Below, piece after piece: positions 1 to 9,169 of a stretch of DNA of 49,793 nt (its first letter is position 1; the number at the start of each line of letters is the position of its first letter). Source of the stretch: Acidobacteriota bacterium (GTDB lineage: Bacteria; Acidobacteriota; Terriglobia; Versatilivoradales; Versatilivoraceae); contig QHZP01000033.1 of assembly GCA_003224715.1 (NCBI GenBank), positions 1 through 49,793 on the forward strand. Reading direction: 5' to 3'. Both the position numbers and the translations under genes were made by a program. The notes beneath the pieces were generated by a model, which saw only the letters and a list, made by a program, of their open reading frames with translations, had not been told where the DNA came from and did not search any database.

Positions 1-524
1 AATCGCCGCATCCAATATCCATAGCTGATTACGGCTGCGGGGCTGGCATTCGCCTGGTCGTCCTGGGGAGTTAGGAGGCGCCCAAGAACAGGTTGTATGC
101 CGAGAGCGGAAAAATAATCTCCCGATACAAGTTCACTCTCGGCCAGACCTGGCTGGCCATTCACCACCAGATTCAGGCGGCCGGCTCCGGCGAAGGCGCA
201 CATTCCCGAGAGCACATTGTTGCTCGTGTGAATCTCTTCAAAAGTGCGATACGTGAAGGATGTACTAATGACTCGCCCCGATTTGTCCCGACTGATAGTT
301 CCTCGCAGAGAAGGAATCATCGCTGGCCATGCTTGCGCAGCCCAATTGAGCAGGACTAGGTGCTCCGGCTGTTTGACGGGGAGCATCTTGAGCATTACGG
401 CATTGATCAGGCTGAAGATCGCTGTGTTGGCTCCAATCCCCAACGCCAGGGAAAGCACCGCCACCGCAGTGAACCCCAGATTCTTCGCCAGCATCTGAAA
501 GCCATAACGTAGGTCATTGAGCAT
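1..524 (-). CDS. FtsX/MacB-type ABC transporter permease, ADOP-like (N-terminal part; gene runs off the left edge)
   Basis: Not in the ORF track because it has no stop inside the window. Hand translation of the reverse strand from ATG (524-522) gives MLNDLRYGFQMLAKNLGFTAVAVLSLALGIGANTAIFSLINAVMLKMLPVKQPEHLVLLNW...GDYFSALGIQPVLGRLLTPQDDQANASPAAVISYGYWMRR, open to base 1. An N-terminal TM helix followed by a MacB-type periplasmic domain is the typical start of acidobacterial duplicated orphan permeases. Confidence 0.8.
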   Translation of the reverse strand, partial: MLNDLRYGFQMLAKNLGFTAVAVLSLALGIGANTAIFSLINAVMLKMLPVKQPEHLVLLNWAAQAWPAMIPSLRGTISRDKSGRVISTSFTYRTFEEIHTSNNVLSGMCAFAGAGRLNLVVNGQPGLAESELVSGDYFSALGIQPVLGRLLTPQDDQANASPAAVISYGYWMRR

Positions 525-920
525 CGTGTTTCGTGATTAGTGGTACGTGGTTAGCTGTGGCACCTATCAGCTATTCCAATTGCCGACTGGCGATTGGCGA
601 TTGAGAAGTGTTTTCAAGTGTTCTTGAACGTCTGACACCTGGCACCTCACACCTGAAACCGACTCATAATCCAAATCCAGCACGATTCATCTGCTGGTAA
701 AGATGAGAACAGCACGTCCTGTACCAACTTTACGGCAAGGGATAGGTGATCTAAAAACGAGGGGTTAGAAGACGGTGACGTGGTGATCTGGGATTTTAAG
801 TGTCCGCTTCTGGGATTTAGTCGTTCCATAACCGGACAGCTCTTTGGATTGCCTACAGGACTTTTTCATCAACGCGGTCACCCAATGAGCTGGCTCGGAG
901 ATAGGCTGTCTGAGATAGGA

Positions 921-1051
921 CTAACTAACCAGGCAAGGGCTTCGCCGTTGCCCCTTGAGAGCCCGAAGCGCGAGCGAGGCTGAGTGGCGATTACCCTCGC
1001 TTGCGCTTCGGGCTTTCAGACCTTCCCGAAACATTTCGATCCGCATAACGG
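921..1051 (+). repeat. Structured intergenic repeat, copy A (shorter, diverged)
   Basis: CTAACTAACCAGGCAAGGGC...GAGCCCGAAGCGCGAGCGAGGC-loop-ACCCTCGCTTGCGCTTCGGGCT...CGAAACATTTCG...GCATAACGG. It shares the long hairpin arms and the terminal TAACGG with copies B, C and D. Confidence 0.75.
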
Positions 1052-1052
1052 G

Positions 1053-1211
1053 CTAACTAGCCAAGGGCTGGCTGCCCTGGATATCCCTGCCCCACCCCTG
1101 ACAGGGAGCGTGAAGTGACAGCGAGTGTCGTCGCCACACCCTCGCTTGGCCTTCGGGCTCACAGACCTCCGCAAAACGAGAACAAAATTCTCGTTGTAAC
1201 GTCCATAACGG
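1053..1211 (+). repeat. Structured intergenic repeat, copy B (directly abuts copy A)
   Basis: CTAACTAGCCAAGGGCTGGC and AACGAGAACAAAATTCTCGTT are identical to copy D at 48263-48422. The central hairpin is degenerate (GAGCGTGAAGTGACAGCGAGTG ... CCCTCGCTTGGCCTTCGGGCTC). It ends in CCATAACGG. Confidence 0.8.
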
Positions 1212-1304
1212 ATTAACCGTCCCAAAGAGGGTGAGCTCAGACACTCTCCAACCCACCTCTTGGTGTACCGAAGAGTGAGAACGGCCGTTTCCCCTGTTTC
1301 GGGG

Positions 1305-2768
1305 TTAGACGACACCCAGGCCGAGACCTGTAAGGACTCCGGTCCCCAATTGTCCGTTGCGTATATTGAAAATGGAAGGGAACCGGTCTTTCCATTTTTC
1401 GTTGGCGGATGGGACGTACTGGCGGCTGTTGCCCTCGATCGTGAAGACGCCCGGAATATGAGCGGCCAACCCAGCCGAGTGAATTAAAGATGCCCCCGGG
1501 CAAGTAAGATCTTGAACGCAAAGGAAGGATTTAGATTTTTGACCCGCCGCTGCCATTAACAAGGCGTTCGTTTGACCTTTACAGGCCTTTAACGCGACTC
1601 CGGTGTAACCCAGCTGGCGTGATAATTGATAGCTCTCCAGATCCACCAGAGACTCGTCAATGACAACAGGAACGATTTTTGCTGCTGCGTGCATGACATT
1701 TTGCAGATTGGATTTTAAATCCCGTGCCGTCGGCTGTTCGATGTATTGGAGACGAGGCAATATTGCCGGAGACTGTTTTTTGATTTCCTCAAGAAACGTG
1801 AGCAAATATTGAACGTCTTTACAGCGTTCGTTGAAATCGCAGCAATATTTCCACTGCGTCACCCCGCGACGGCTTTGAGCTTCTGTAGTTGCCTTGTCGA
1901 TCTGGATTACTCGATCGATGTCTACTTTCAGATCGGCACCGTTAAGCTTGATTTTGAGATGGGTGACACCGTCTGATTGGATCCACTCAGCTAAGGTCTC
2001 GGGCAGGCCGTCGCCAATTCTATGCTTGATGTCCGATTCAAAAATGGGATCCGATGCTCCAATGGAGTGATACAAGTAGATGGATTCAGTGGGCTTTTTC
2101 AATACGTACTGCTCCAAGTATTCCCCTTTGAACTCAGGTCCGAGGTAAAAGCTGAGGTCGTGGCTCATATATTGCGAACCATACGCTTGATAGCAGTTGA
2201 TGCCATTTGCTTTGCCATGAGCGTCGTGAATGGCAGCATCAAACGGGCTGGCGACCACCAATGTACAAAGTTTTGGAATAGGCTCAGACAGGTTCATCTT
2301 GCGTGACAACTCTGTGGCGGCCTTGAGATAGGCGGGCTCAAGCTCCCAGTTGATGTCGATGGGATGAGCCGTTTCGGAGTATGCGGCCGTAATCCTGGCA
2401 ATCTCAGTTGCCAGCTGTTTCATTGCTTCAAGAGACCGATCATAGGGCACAACTTGGGACGGGAAGGACCAGGCATTGCCAAGTGGCATTGAGCCGAAGC
2501 CCAGTGCCTGTTTGCCGGAAGCCGTCTCAACGCGAGCGTGGACGTTCAATAACGTGACCTGGTCCACCGTCCGTCCACCAAATTGGTAAGGCGCACGATA
2601 TTTATACTCTTCGAAGTCATACCGCACATCGAGCAGACGGATATCGGTCGGCAGGGATGATCTTTTTCTTCTGGCTCGCTCCTTTTCTAAAGGTTTCTTA
2701 AGCGTCATGGTCTTGAAAAGTGGGGGTGCTAAAACTCCCGCCCGCAAAAAAGTTCGACGACTCATCAT
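1305..2768 (-). CDS. Enolase-superfamily enzyme (mandelate racemase / muconate cycloisomerase / dipeptide epimerase-like)
   Basis: 487-aa ORF. The barrel ligands are readable in order: HLKIKLNG (KxK), CCDFNE (Asp), YIEQP (Glu), VVIDES (Asp), ALKACKG (Lys). The N-terminus carries an RRTFLRAG twin-arginine-like motif. Substrate is unknown. Confidence 0.75.
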   Translation of the reverse strand: MMSRRTFLRAGVLAPPLFKTMTLKKPLEKERARRKRSSLPTDIRLLDVRYDFEEYKYRAPYQFGGRTVDQVTLLNVHARVETASGKQALGFGSMPLGNAWSFPSQVVPYDRSLEAMKQLATEIARITAAYSETAHPIDINWELEPAYLKAATELSRKMNLSEPIPKLCTLVVASPFDAAIHDAHGKANGINCYQAYGSQYMSHDLSFYLGPEFKGEYLEQYVLKKPTESIYLYHSIGASDPIFESDIKHRIGDGLPETLAEWIQSDGVTHLKIKLNGADLKVDIDRVIQIDKATTEAQSRRGVTQWKYCCDFNERCKDVQYLLTFLEEIKKQSPAILPRLQYIEQPTARDLKSNLQNVMHAAAKIVPVVIDESLVDLESYQLSRQLGYTGVALKACKGQTNALLMAAAGQKSKSFLCVQDLTCPGASLIHSAGLAAHIPGVFTIEGNSRQYVPSANEKWKDRFPSIFNIRNGQLGTGVLTGLGLGVV

Positions 2769-2826
2769 TGACTCCAGATCCCCTTTCTTTATTGAAAGCT
2801 GGAAAACATAGGGCCGCTACCGGTGC

Positions 2827-3708
2827 CTAAACCGTAATGTCTCGATGCACAACTTTGGTTTTGTAGCCTTGGGAAGATAAGATCCCATTGATCTCATCCG
2901 TGATCATCACAGATCGGTGGCGCCCTCCGGTGCAACCTATCGATATGGTCAAATAACTTTTCCCCTCGATCATGTAATTCGGAATCAAAAACAGCAGAAG
3001 ATCTGAAACTCGTTTCAGAAACTCGATGGTCTGAGTAAAGGATTTCATGTAGGTGATGACCTCGCGATGCTGTCCCGTCTTCTCTCGTAATGTTCGCACA
3101 AAGTTGGGATTAGGAAGAAACCTTACGTCAAAAACCAAGTCTGATTCCACTGGAATCCCATTCTTGAACCCAAAACTAATCAGAGAGATAAGTAAAGGAC
3201 TGGAAGCCTTCTGTTCCTGAAATTTGTCAGCAACATAACGTCGCAATTCATGAACATTGAATTTGGTCGTATCGATTACAGTGTTTGCGAGTTTCTTAAT
3301 AGGGGCCAATCGTTTTCTTTCTTCCGTTAGAGCTCTTAGAATGGGCTTATCATGAGTCAGTGGATGAGGACGGCGTGTTTCACTGTAACGCCGGATTAGC
3401 GAGGCATCGGAAGCTTCGAGATAAACCAAGTTAACAGCCAATTCGTATTTCTTCAACCTTTGAAAGACTCTTGGAAATTTGGCAAGCTCTGAACCTTCAC
3501 GTACGTCGACCACGATGGCAGCGCGGTCTATTTGGGCGCCTGCTCGCTTACACAGGTCTGCAAATTTGAGGATGAGCTCCAGGGGAAGATTATCAACGCA
3601 AAAATAACCAATATCTTCGAAGGCCTTAAGGACCGTACCTTTCCCAGAGCCGCTTAGACCGGTGATAATGACGAAGGGAGTATTAGCCCTTTTCGAAGGG
3701 TCTTTCAT
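2827..3708 (-). CDS. rapZ: RNase adapter / nucleotide-binding protein RapZ (YhbJ)
   Basis: P-loop GLSGSGKGT and C-terminal GCTGGRHRSV motif. It lies downstream of rpoN-hpf as in E. coli. Start placed at ATG 3708 (MKDPSKRANTPFVIITG). The ORF stays open to GTG 3828, but that 40-aa extension has no RapZ counterpart. Confidence 0.85.
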   Translation of the reverse strand: MKDPSKRANTPFVIITGLSGSGKGTVLKAFEDIGYFCVDNLPLELILKFADLCKRAGAQIDRAAIVVDVREGSELAKFPRVFQRLKKYELAVNLVYLEASDASLIRRYSETRRPHPLTHDKPILRALTEERKRLAPIKKLANTVIDTTKFNVHELRRYVADKFQEQKASSPLLISLISFGFKNGIPVESDLVFDVRFLPNPNFVRTLREKTGQHREVITYMKSFTQTIEFLKRVSDLLLFLIPNYMIEGKSYLTISIGCTGGRHRSVMITDEINGILSSQGYKTKVVHRDITV

Positions 3709-3985
3709 AGCTTTCTTGATGGATTGATGAAAGTGTCGAACTCCGGACTTTTCGCCGAACCAGTCTGACAGTCCCTCTTGGCGGACAGCCACGACAGGAA
3801 AGCGGACCATACGCACAGTCTTACCCACCTAGACCACTTTGGAGTACCCTAAATTTTGCTAATCGAGAGTAACGAGTTGGGGCTTATGAAACTACGGGGA
3901 TCAAATACAACACTCTTCAGTCAAGCAAGAACAGCTCGTTCCATCATGACTCTGTTGGATGAGAGGCCCTCACTGACAAGCTAGT

Positions 3986-4522
3986 TCACGGTTCAATCAA
4001 TCCAAAATTCCCATCTTTGCGTCTATAGACAACGCTCACTCTTTCAGATTCTGCGTTTCGGAAAACAATGAATTCGCTCTTGGAGCTGGTTACTTCTTGG
4101 ACAGCCTCTTCCACAGTCATGGGTTTTGTAGCAAAGGACCTCGATTTGATCACGCGTGGGATTTCTGAATTGCCACGCGTGGGTTCGGCAGAGAGGGCTG
4201 AAATAACTGCGGGCAGACTGGCTCCGGCCTTTCTCTTTTTGGCAATCTTTTTACCTTTATGTTTGAGGGCTTGGCGCTCGATTTTCTCCAGGACTGCGTT
4301 GATGGAGGTGTACATGTCATGAGTTTCTTCGATACCGTTTATTTTAAACGTCCTCGACTTAAGATTGATTTCAGCAATATGTCGATATTTTTCAACTGTC
4401 AGGATTACATGAACTTCAATCATTTCCCCTAAGATCTTTCGGATCTTTCTCAGGTGATCTTCGGTAAATCTCTTAATGGCGGGGGTAATTTCGATTTGTC
4501 TGCCGGTATATTCAACTTTCAT
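3986..4522 (-). CDS. hpf: Ribosome hibernation promoting factor, long form
   Basis: MKVEYTGRQIEITPAIKRFTEDHLRKI opening typical of HPF/RaiA. C-terminal dimerisation domain KPMTVEEAV...EFIVFRNAESERVSVVYRRKDGNFGLIEP. It lies immediately downstream of rpoN. Confidence 0.9.
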   Translation of the reverse strand: MKVEYTGRQIEITPAIKRFTEDHLRKIRKILGEMIEVHVILTVEKYRHIAEINLKSRTFKINGIEETHDMYTSINAVLEKIERQALKHKGKKIAKKRKAGASLPAVISALSAEPTRGNSEIPRVIKSRSFATKPMTVEEAVQEVTSSKSEFIVFRNAESERVSVVYRRKDGNFGLIEP

Positions 4523-4626
4523 GATGACTTTCCCCAGTAAATTCAGAGTGCTAACTCAAGCCAATCACGATAAACTTTCAGGATATGTCCTTCCAAGGCT
4601 GAATGGGAGAATGAACGCTCTTATGA

Positions 4627-6132
4627 TTATGTTTGCTTATTGTTGGGGCAAGGAGGAGTGGGAAGTTCGGAATTCTTAACCTTAACTCTCCTTTGATGGG
4701 TACTAGGAATTTTCATGTCTTCGCGATATTTGGCAACGGTCCTTCGGGTGACCATGATGCCTTCATCATTTAGTATCTTAGTGATTTGATCATCCGTAAG
4801 GGGCCTGGAGGGATCTTCAGCATCAATGAGTTTCTTGACTTTGCGCTTTGCAATAAGTAAAGGGATAGCGCTTCCAGCCGGTCCCTGAACAGCCTCGGAG
4901 AAAAAGTATCGCAACTCATAAACCCCCTGGGGGGTATGCGCGTATTTGTTGGCAACCGCTAGACTGACCGACGAAGGGTGAACGCAAACTTCCTCGGCAA
5001 CATCCTTAATCATCATTGGCCGCAAATAGTCAATTCCCTGATCCAAAAACTCCACCTGACGACGTACGACGGCTTCACAAACCCTAACGATGGTTTGTTT
5101 GCGTTGTTCAATATTCTTAATAAACTGTATCGCCGACGAATATCGTTCTTTCACATAATCCCGGACGTCTTTTGAAGAACCATCCTGCTCGATCAACTTT
5201 TTGTAAGTGGGACTGAGTCTTAACTGAGGGATATCATCTTCGTTGATGGCTACGGAGTAGCCGTCATCCGTTTTAACAATGAAGACATCAGGCTCAACCA
5301 GGCGAGTTTCAATTTTGTTGTATCGTTGGCCCGGCCTGGGATCTAATTTCTTGATGACTTCAATCTGGGCTAAAACAACATTTAGTGGCTTGCCTAATGA
5401 GCGTGCGATCTCCTGATAATGTTTGTTTTGGAGATGCTTCAGGTAGTTTTGCACGATCTGGGCCGCAATGGAATTCTCCTCACGCAAATGCCTGAGTTGA
5501 ATCAGCAGACATTCACCCAAGTCTCTAGCGGCCACTCCGGCGGGATCAAATGTCTGAAGAATCTTTATACCTTCTGCTACGTCTTCAAGGCTGTGCTCAC
5601 CGGTTGCGGCAATTTCTTCAACGGTGGCCGTCAGGTAACCATCTTCATTTAGATTGCCAATTACTGAAACCATGGCGTCCGAGACGTTTGGCGAAACGAC
5701 GGAAAGACTTAGCTGCCAGTGCAGATGGTCATAAAGGGTGGTGGGCTTGGCTAGAAAATTTTCGAAGGCGGGTTTCTCAATGATCTCGCTCGGCATCTGA
5801 GTCCTGTATCCAGGATCGAGATAATCATCGAAGAAGCTTCCATAATCAATTTGGTCGAAGGGATCCGCCGGCTCGCTATTTTTTGCACCACTCTCAATAA
5901 TTGCCTGGTCTGCGGGTTCAGCCACACGTTCTTCCTTGACCTGGGTCTCCTCAACCTCGGTTGCGGTTTCCGTTTCCTCCTCCAAGACCGGGTTCTCCAT
6001 CAATTCCTGGGAGATCATTTCAGACAATTCCAGTTTGTTGAGTGCCAGGACGCTTACCATCTGCACTAGTCCTGGCGTCAGGATTTGTTTTTGTGCGAGT
6101 TTTAGATTCAGCTTCTGCTCTAGGAATGCCAT
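4627..6132 (-). CDS. rpoN: RNA polymerase sigma-54 factor
   Basis: Region I LNLKLAQKQILTPGLVQ, an acidic region II, and a C-terminal RpoN box TRRTVAKYRED. 501 aa. Confidence 0.95.
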   Translation of the reverse strand: MAFLEQKLNLKLAQKQILTPGLVQMVSVLALNKLELSEMISQELMENPVLEEETETATEVEETQVKEERVAEPADQAIIESGAKNSEPADPFDQIDYGSFFDDYLDPGYRTQMPSEIIEKPAFENFLAKPTTLYDHLHWQLSLSVVSPNVSDAMVSVIGNLNEDGYLTATVEEIAATGEHSLEDVAEGIKILQTFDPAGVAARDLGECLLIQLRHLREENSIAAQIVQNYLKHLQNKHYQEIARSLGKPLNVVLAQIEVIKKLDPRPGQRYNKIETRLVEPDVFIVKTDDGYSVAINEDDIPQLRLSPTYKKLIEQDGSSKDVRDYVKERYSSAIQFIKNIEQRKQTIVRVCEAVVRRQVEFLDQGIDYLRPMMIKDVAEEVCVHPSSVSLAVANKYAHTPQGVYELRYFFSEAVQGPAGSAIPLLIAKRKVKKLIDAEDPSRPLTDDQITKILNDEGIMVTRRTVAKYREDMKIPSTHQRRVKVKNSELPTPPCPNNKQT

Positions 6133-6139
6133 AAAATCT

Positions 6140-6865
6140 TTATTCCAGGCGAAAACTTTCGCCTAAGTAGAGCTTTTTTACCTCATCATCCGAGGCAAGC
6201 TCTTTTGGAGTCCCCGTTCTGAAAATCCTCCCTTCATTAATAATGTAAGCCCGGTCGGTGACCTTCAAAGTTTCTCTGACGTTATGGTCGGTAATCAGGA
6301 TCCCGATCTCTTTGGATTTAAGATGAGTAATAATCCTCTGGATATCGAAAACTGCAATTGGATCAATTCCAGCAAATGGCTCATCCAATAAAATGAAAGA
6401 AGGCGAAATGACAAGAGAGCGCGCAATTTCGACCCGACGTCTCTCCCCTCCTGAAAGCATATAGCCCTGATTCTTGCGTACATGGCTTAATCCAAGTTCT
6501 TCGATTAATTCATCCAGCCGATCTCTCCTTCGTTTGCCGTTAAGAGGCAGCGTTTCAAGAATCGCCAGGATATTCTCTTCAACCGTCAACTTGCGAAAGA
6601 CTGACGGCTCTTGGGGGAGATAACTGATCCCACTTCTCGCCCTGAGAAACATTGGCAGGTCGGTAATCTCCCTGCCATCCAAGAAGACCCGGCCTCCATC
6701 GGGAGAAGTCAGCCCAACAATAATATAAAAGGTGGTGGTTTTGCCGGCTCCGTTGGGTCCCAGCAACCCTACGACTTCACCTTGATGAATCCCGAGATTG
6801 ACATCGTTAACGACCCGACGCCCTTTGAAGGATTTGACTAGGTTGACCGTTTTCAAGATCTGCAT
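6140..6865 (-). CDS. lptB: LPS export ABC transporter ATP-binding protein LptB
   Basis: Walker [10 protein letters not shown], signature [13 protein letters not shown], Walker [13 protein letters not shown]. 241 aa, no TMD, directly upstream of rpoN. Confidence 0.9.
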   Translation of the reverse strand: MQILKTVNLVKSFKGRRVVNDVNLGIHQGEVVGLLGPNGAGKTTTFYIIVGLTSPDGGRVFLDGREITDLPMFLRARSGISYLPQEPSVFRKLTVEENILAILETLPLNGKRRRDRLDELIEELGLSHVRKNQGYMLSGGERRRVEIARSLVISPSFILLDEPFAGIDPIAVFDIQRIITHLKSKEIGILITDHNVRETLKVTDRAYIINEGRIFRTGTPKELASDDEVKKLYLGESFRLE

Positions 6866-6871
6866 TTTTGC

Positions 6872-9157
6872 TCATCTTGCCACGCGCTGCCTAGTAATGG
6901 GTCGGGTCTCGGAATCTCCTTCGACCGAAATGCTACCATCATTCAAACCTAATGTCAACCGAGCTCCGACCGTGGAACCCCGCTCAGAGTCAATGACTCT
7001 GGGTGGTCCGCCGACCAAAATCAACTTGTCCTCGCTTCGAAAATATTCGGCTGACTCTGAAAATGAAGTTCGATTGGGCTGATAAATTTTAACGTCCCCT
7101 TCGGCCAGAATACGCTGGATGGAGGTCTGATTTTCTCCGCGTTCCAGAAATATTTCCAACTGACTTGAATTCAAAATCCCCATCGAGCTATTCAGCTTGA
7201 CATTCTTTTCGTATAGCGCCTTTTGTAATCTGTCCTCATATATCATTCTTTCGGCCTGAATGGTAACAGGCTTACGCTCTGTTTTTTTGGCAGAGCCCTT
7301 TTCACCTTCGAGGTAAAAAAAGCTCCGCACATTTTTCTCAGCAACCAACTTTTTCTCAGGGCGGTACAAATAGAGAGTGTCGGCACCGATTACCTGGTCT
7401 TCCTGCCACAGTTTGGCTCTCTGCCAGTACTTGGCTATGCCACTGCGCGTCTGCGCTTCCATGTAGTCGGACGAGGCGTAAACTGGCGACCCGGGCTGGA
7501 ACATTCCTGTGTTTGCCTGTTGGTCGCGATTATAGAAAACCGAACGCACGTTGCCTCGAGCCTTGAAGAGATTCTGTAATTGATCAAACTCAATGATGTC
7601 TGCGCTCGTTTTTGAATTGGCATCTCTGGTTTGCGGATTACCTTGGAGCGAGATCAGTTTATCTTGGGCAAAGTACTTGGCTTCGTGCGAGGAGGCGTGC
7701 CGCTCCGCTTCCTCATAATTGAAATTTCCAAATTGGTGGAGCTGGCTGATCTGGTGGTTTTGCTGATCAATTAAAGCTATCAAGTGATCACTGGTGGTTT
7801 TCTTGACAGACCCCACTGCCGGGATCACGTCAACGTGGACTTGCTTATCCGCTGTCAACCTCTCAGGATGGCTGGAGGCTTTTTCGAAGTACAAGGTCAT
7901 TTCCAATGCTGAAAGAATCTTCCTATCATCGTTGGGGTGGAGAGGTAGTTCCTCCACTGAACTGGGGCCTTTTGCTTCTATTAGAGAAACCTGTCTTCCC
8001 TCGGATTCAAAAGAAACCAACATCAAGGGTGATCTAACAACCCTGTCTCCAGGTTCGATACCTCGGCCAGAGCCTCGAGAAGTTCCTGTCTGGGCAGATT
8101 TCTTATCGGCCAATATTGCAACGACATCTCCAGACGCCACGAGTTTATTTATCAGGTTACTATTTGGTCTTAGAGTAATCTCCATTCGATTAGCGGAAAT
8201 ATCGCGCTTTAACTCGGGGTCTAGCGATCGGGACCTCACCTGACCTTGAGCGACCACTCTATTCAGCCAGCGCCCACTCTGACCAAAAAAGTAAGAGACT
8301 CTGTTAGCATCGACCTGCAACATAAATTTGGGATCGCGCGAAACCGAATGAACGTCTCCCCTGGCATCGATTCGAGTCAAGGTTGAATCAAGATCATTAA
8401 GGAATGCCTCAATCAGATTCGCTCGAGTCTCATAACAAGACTTCTCCACCAGGACATTGGAGCGCATCTCGATCCGGTTCGAAGCTTTAAGATACCTCAA
8501 GTTGCCCGATTTGAGGTGGATCTCTGAATCTGCCGGACTCTCTGGATCAACAATAATCTCAACTTGAGAATGAAGATAAATGGATCCTAGTTTGGAGTCG
8601 TAGGTAAGTCCCCGGCTTTTTCCATGAAAGCGCCCTCTTGCGAAGTTCACTTCGTCTTCCGTTTCGGCGGTTCCCGTTTTTTGTGCGTATTTGATGCTTT
8701 TGACCTTAACCACTGTGAGCAGATCGCTGGCGGCAGCCTTTCCACTCGAGTTTACGGTTTTACTTATCGGACCGAAAGTAATGACAACATTATCCAAGAA
8801 AACAATTTCTTCTCTGACCTGATCGTATTCACACCGATTGCTAGTGATGGTGTCGTAGCGATCTCCATCCTTTCCAAAAACCTTCACAGTCACGGATTCC
8901 AGAAGGTTCTTATTATCTTTAAAACCCAACCTGGACTTGGCATTGAACTCAAAGGTGGTTCTTCCATGCTCCGATTGAGAGAAAGAAAAACCTTGAGTGG
9001 CGTCTGAGACATTCTCAGGAAGAGGTTTTGTTTCCGGTTTCCCCGGATACCTAAATAAAATGGAACGCCTGTAATAGCTGAAGATGACCGCCAGGACTAC
9101 AGTGATCAAAATGATCATCGGTAAGGTGCGGCCGAATTTTATGTACCTTTTTTCCAA
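6872..9157 (-). CDS. Membrane-anchored protein with multiple OstA/LptA/LptC-like repeats (putative fused LptC-LptA periplasmic bridge)
   Basis: 761-aa ORF ending 7 nt before lptB. N-terminal anchor MIILITVVLAVIFSYY. The recurring pattern A-x-x-h-x-h ... G-(N/D)-V appears at ANRVSYFF..AQGQV, ANRMEITL..ASGDVVAIL, ADIIEFDQ..ARGNVRSVFY, ADTLYLYR..AEKNVRSFFY, AERMIYED..YEKNVKL and SQLEIFLE..AEGDVKIY, which is characteristic of LptA/LptC beta-jellyrolls. The TTG start at 9157 is uncertain (alternative ATG at 9118). Confidence 0.65.
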   Translation of the reverse strand: MEKRYIKFGRTLPMIILITVVLAVIFSYYRRSILFRYPGKPETKPLPENVSDATQGFSFSQSEHGRTTFEFNAKSRLGFKDNKNLLESVTVKVFGKDGDRYDTITSNRCEYDQVREEIVFLDNVVITFGPISKTVNSSGKAAASDLLTVVKVKSIKYAQKTGTAETEDEVNFARGRFHGKSRGLTYDSKLGSIYLHSQVEIIVDPESPADSEIHLKSGNLRYLKASNRIEMRSNVLVEKSCYETRANLIEAFLNDLDSTLTRIDARGDVHSVSRDPKFMLQVDANRVSYFFGQSGRWLNRVVAQGQVRSRSLDPELKRDISANRMEITLRPNSNLINKLVASGDVVAILADKKSAQTGTSRGSGRGIEPGDRVVRSPLMLVSFESEGRQVSLIEAKGPSSVEELPLHPNDDRKILSALEMTLYFEKASSHPERLTADKQVHVDVIPAVGSVKKTTSDHLIALIDQQNHQISQLHQFGNFNYEEAERHASSHEAKYFAQDKLISLQGNPQTRDANSKTSADIIEFDQLQNLFKARGNVRSVFYNRDQQANTGMFQPGSPVYASSDYMEAQTRSGIAKYWQRAKLWQEDQVIGADTLYLYRPEKKLVAEKNVRSFFYLEGEKGSAKKTERKPVTIQAERMIYEDRLQKALYEKNVKLNSSMGILNSSQLEIFLERGENQTSIQRILAEGDVKIYQPNRTSFSESAEYFRSEDKLILVGGPPRVIDSERGSTVGARLTLGLNDGSISVEGDSETRPITRQRVAR

Positions 9158-9169
9158 AGACTTTTACAG

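Noticed and set aside
565-655. TGGCAC strings at 567 and 641 as possible sigma-54 promoters, given that rpoN is in the window.
   Set aside because: Neither is followed by TTGC at the required 5-nt spacing. Both are on the wrong strand for the adjacent permease gene.
3709-3828. 40-aa N-terminal extension of RapZ (GTG 3828).
   Set aside because: RapZ proteins start a few residues before the P-loop. The extension has no counterpart, and an ATG at 3708 gives a canonical length.
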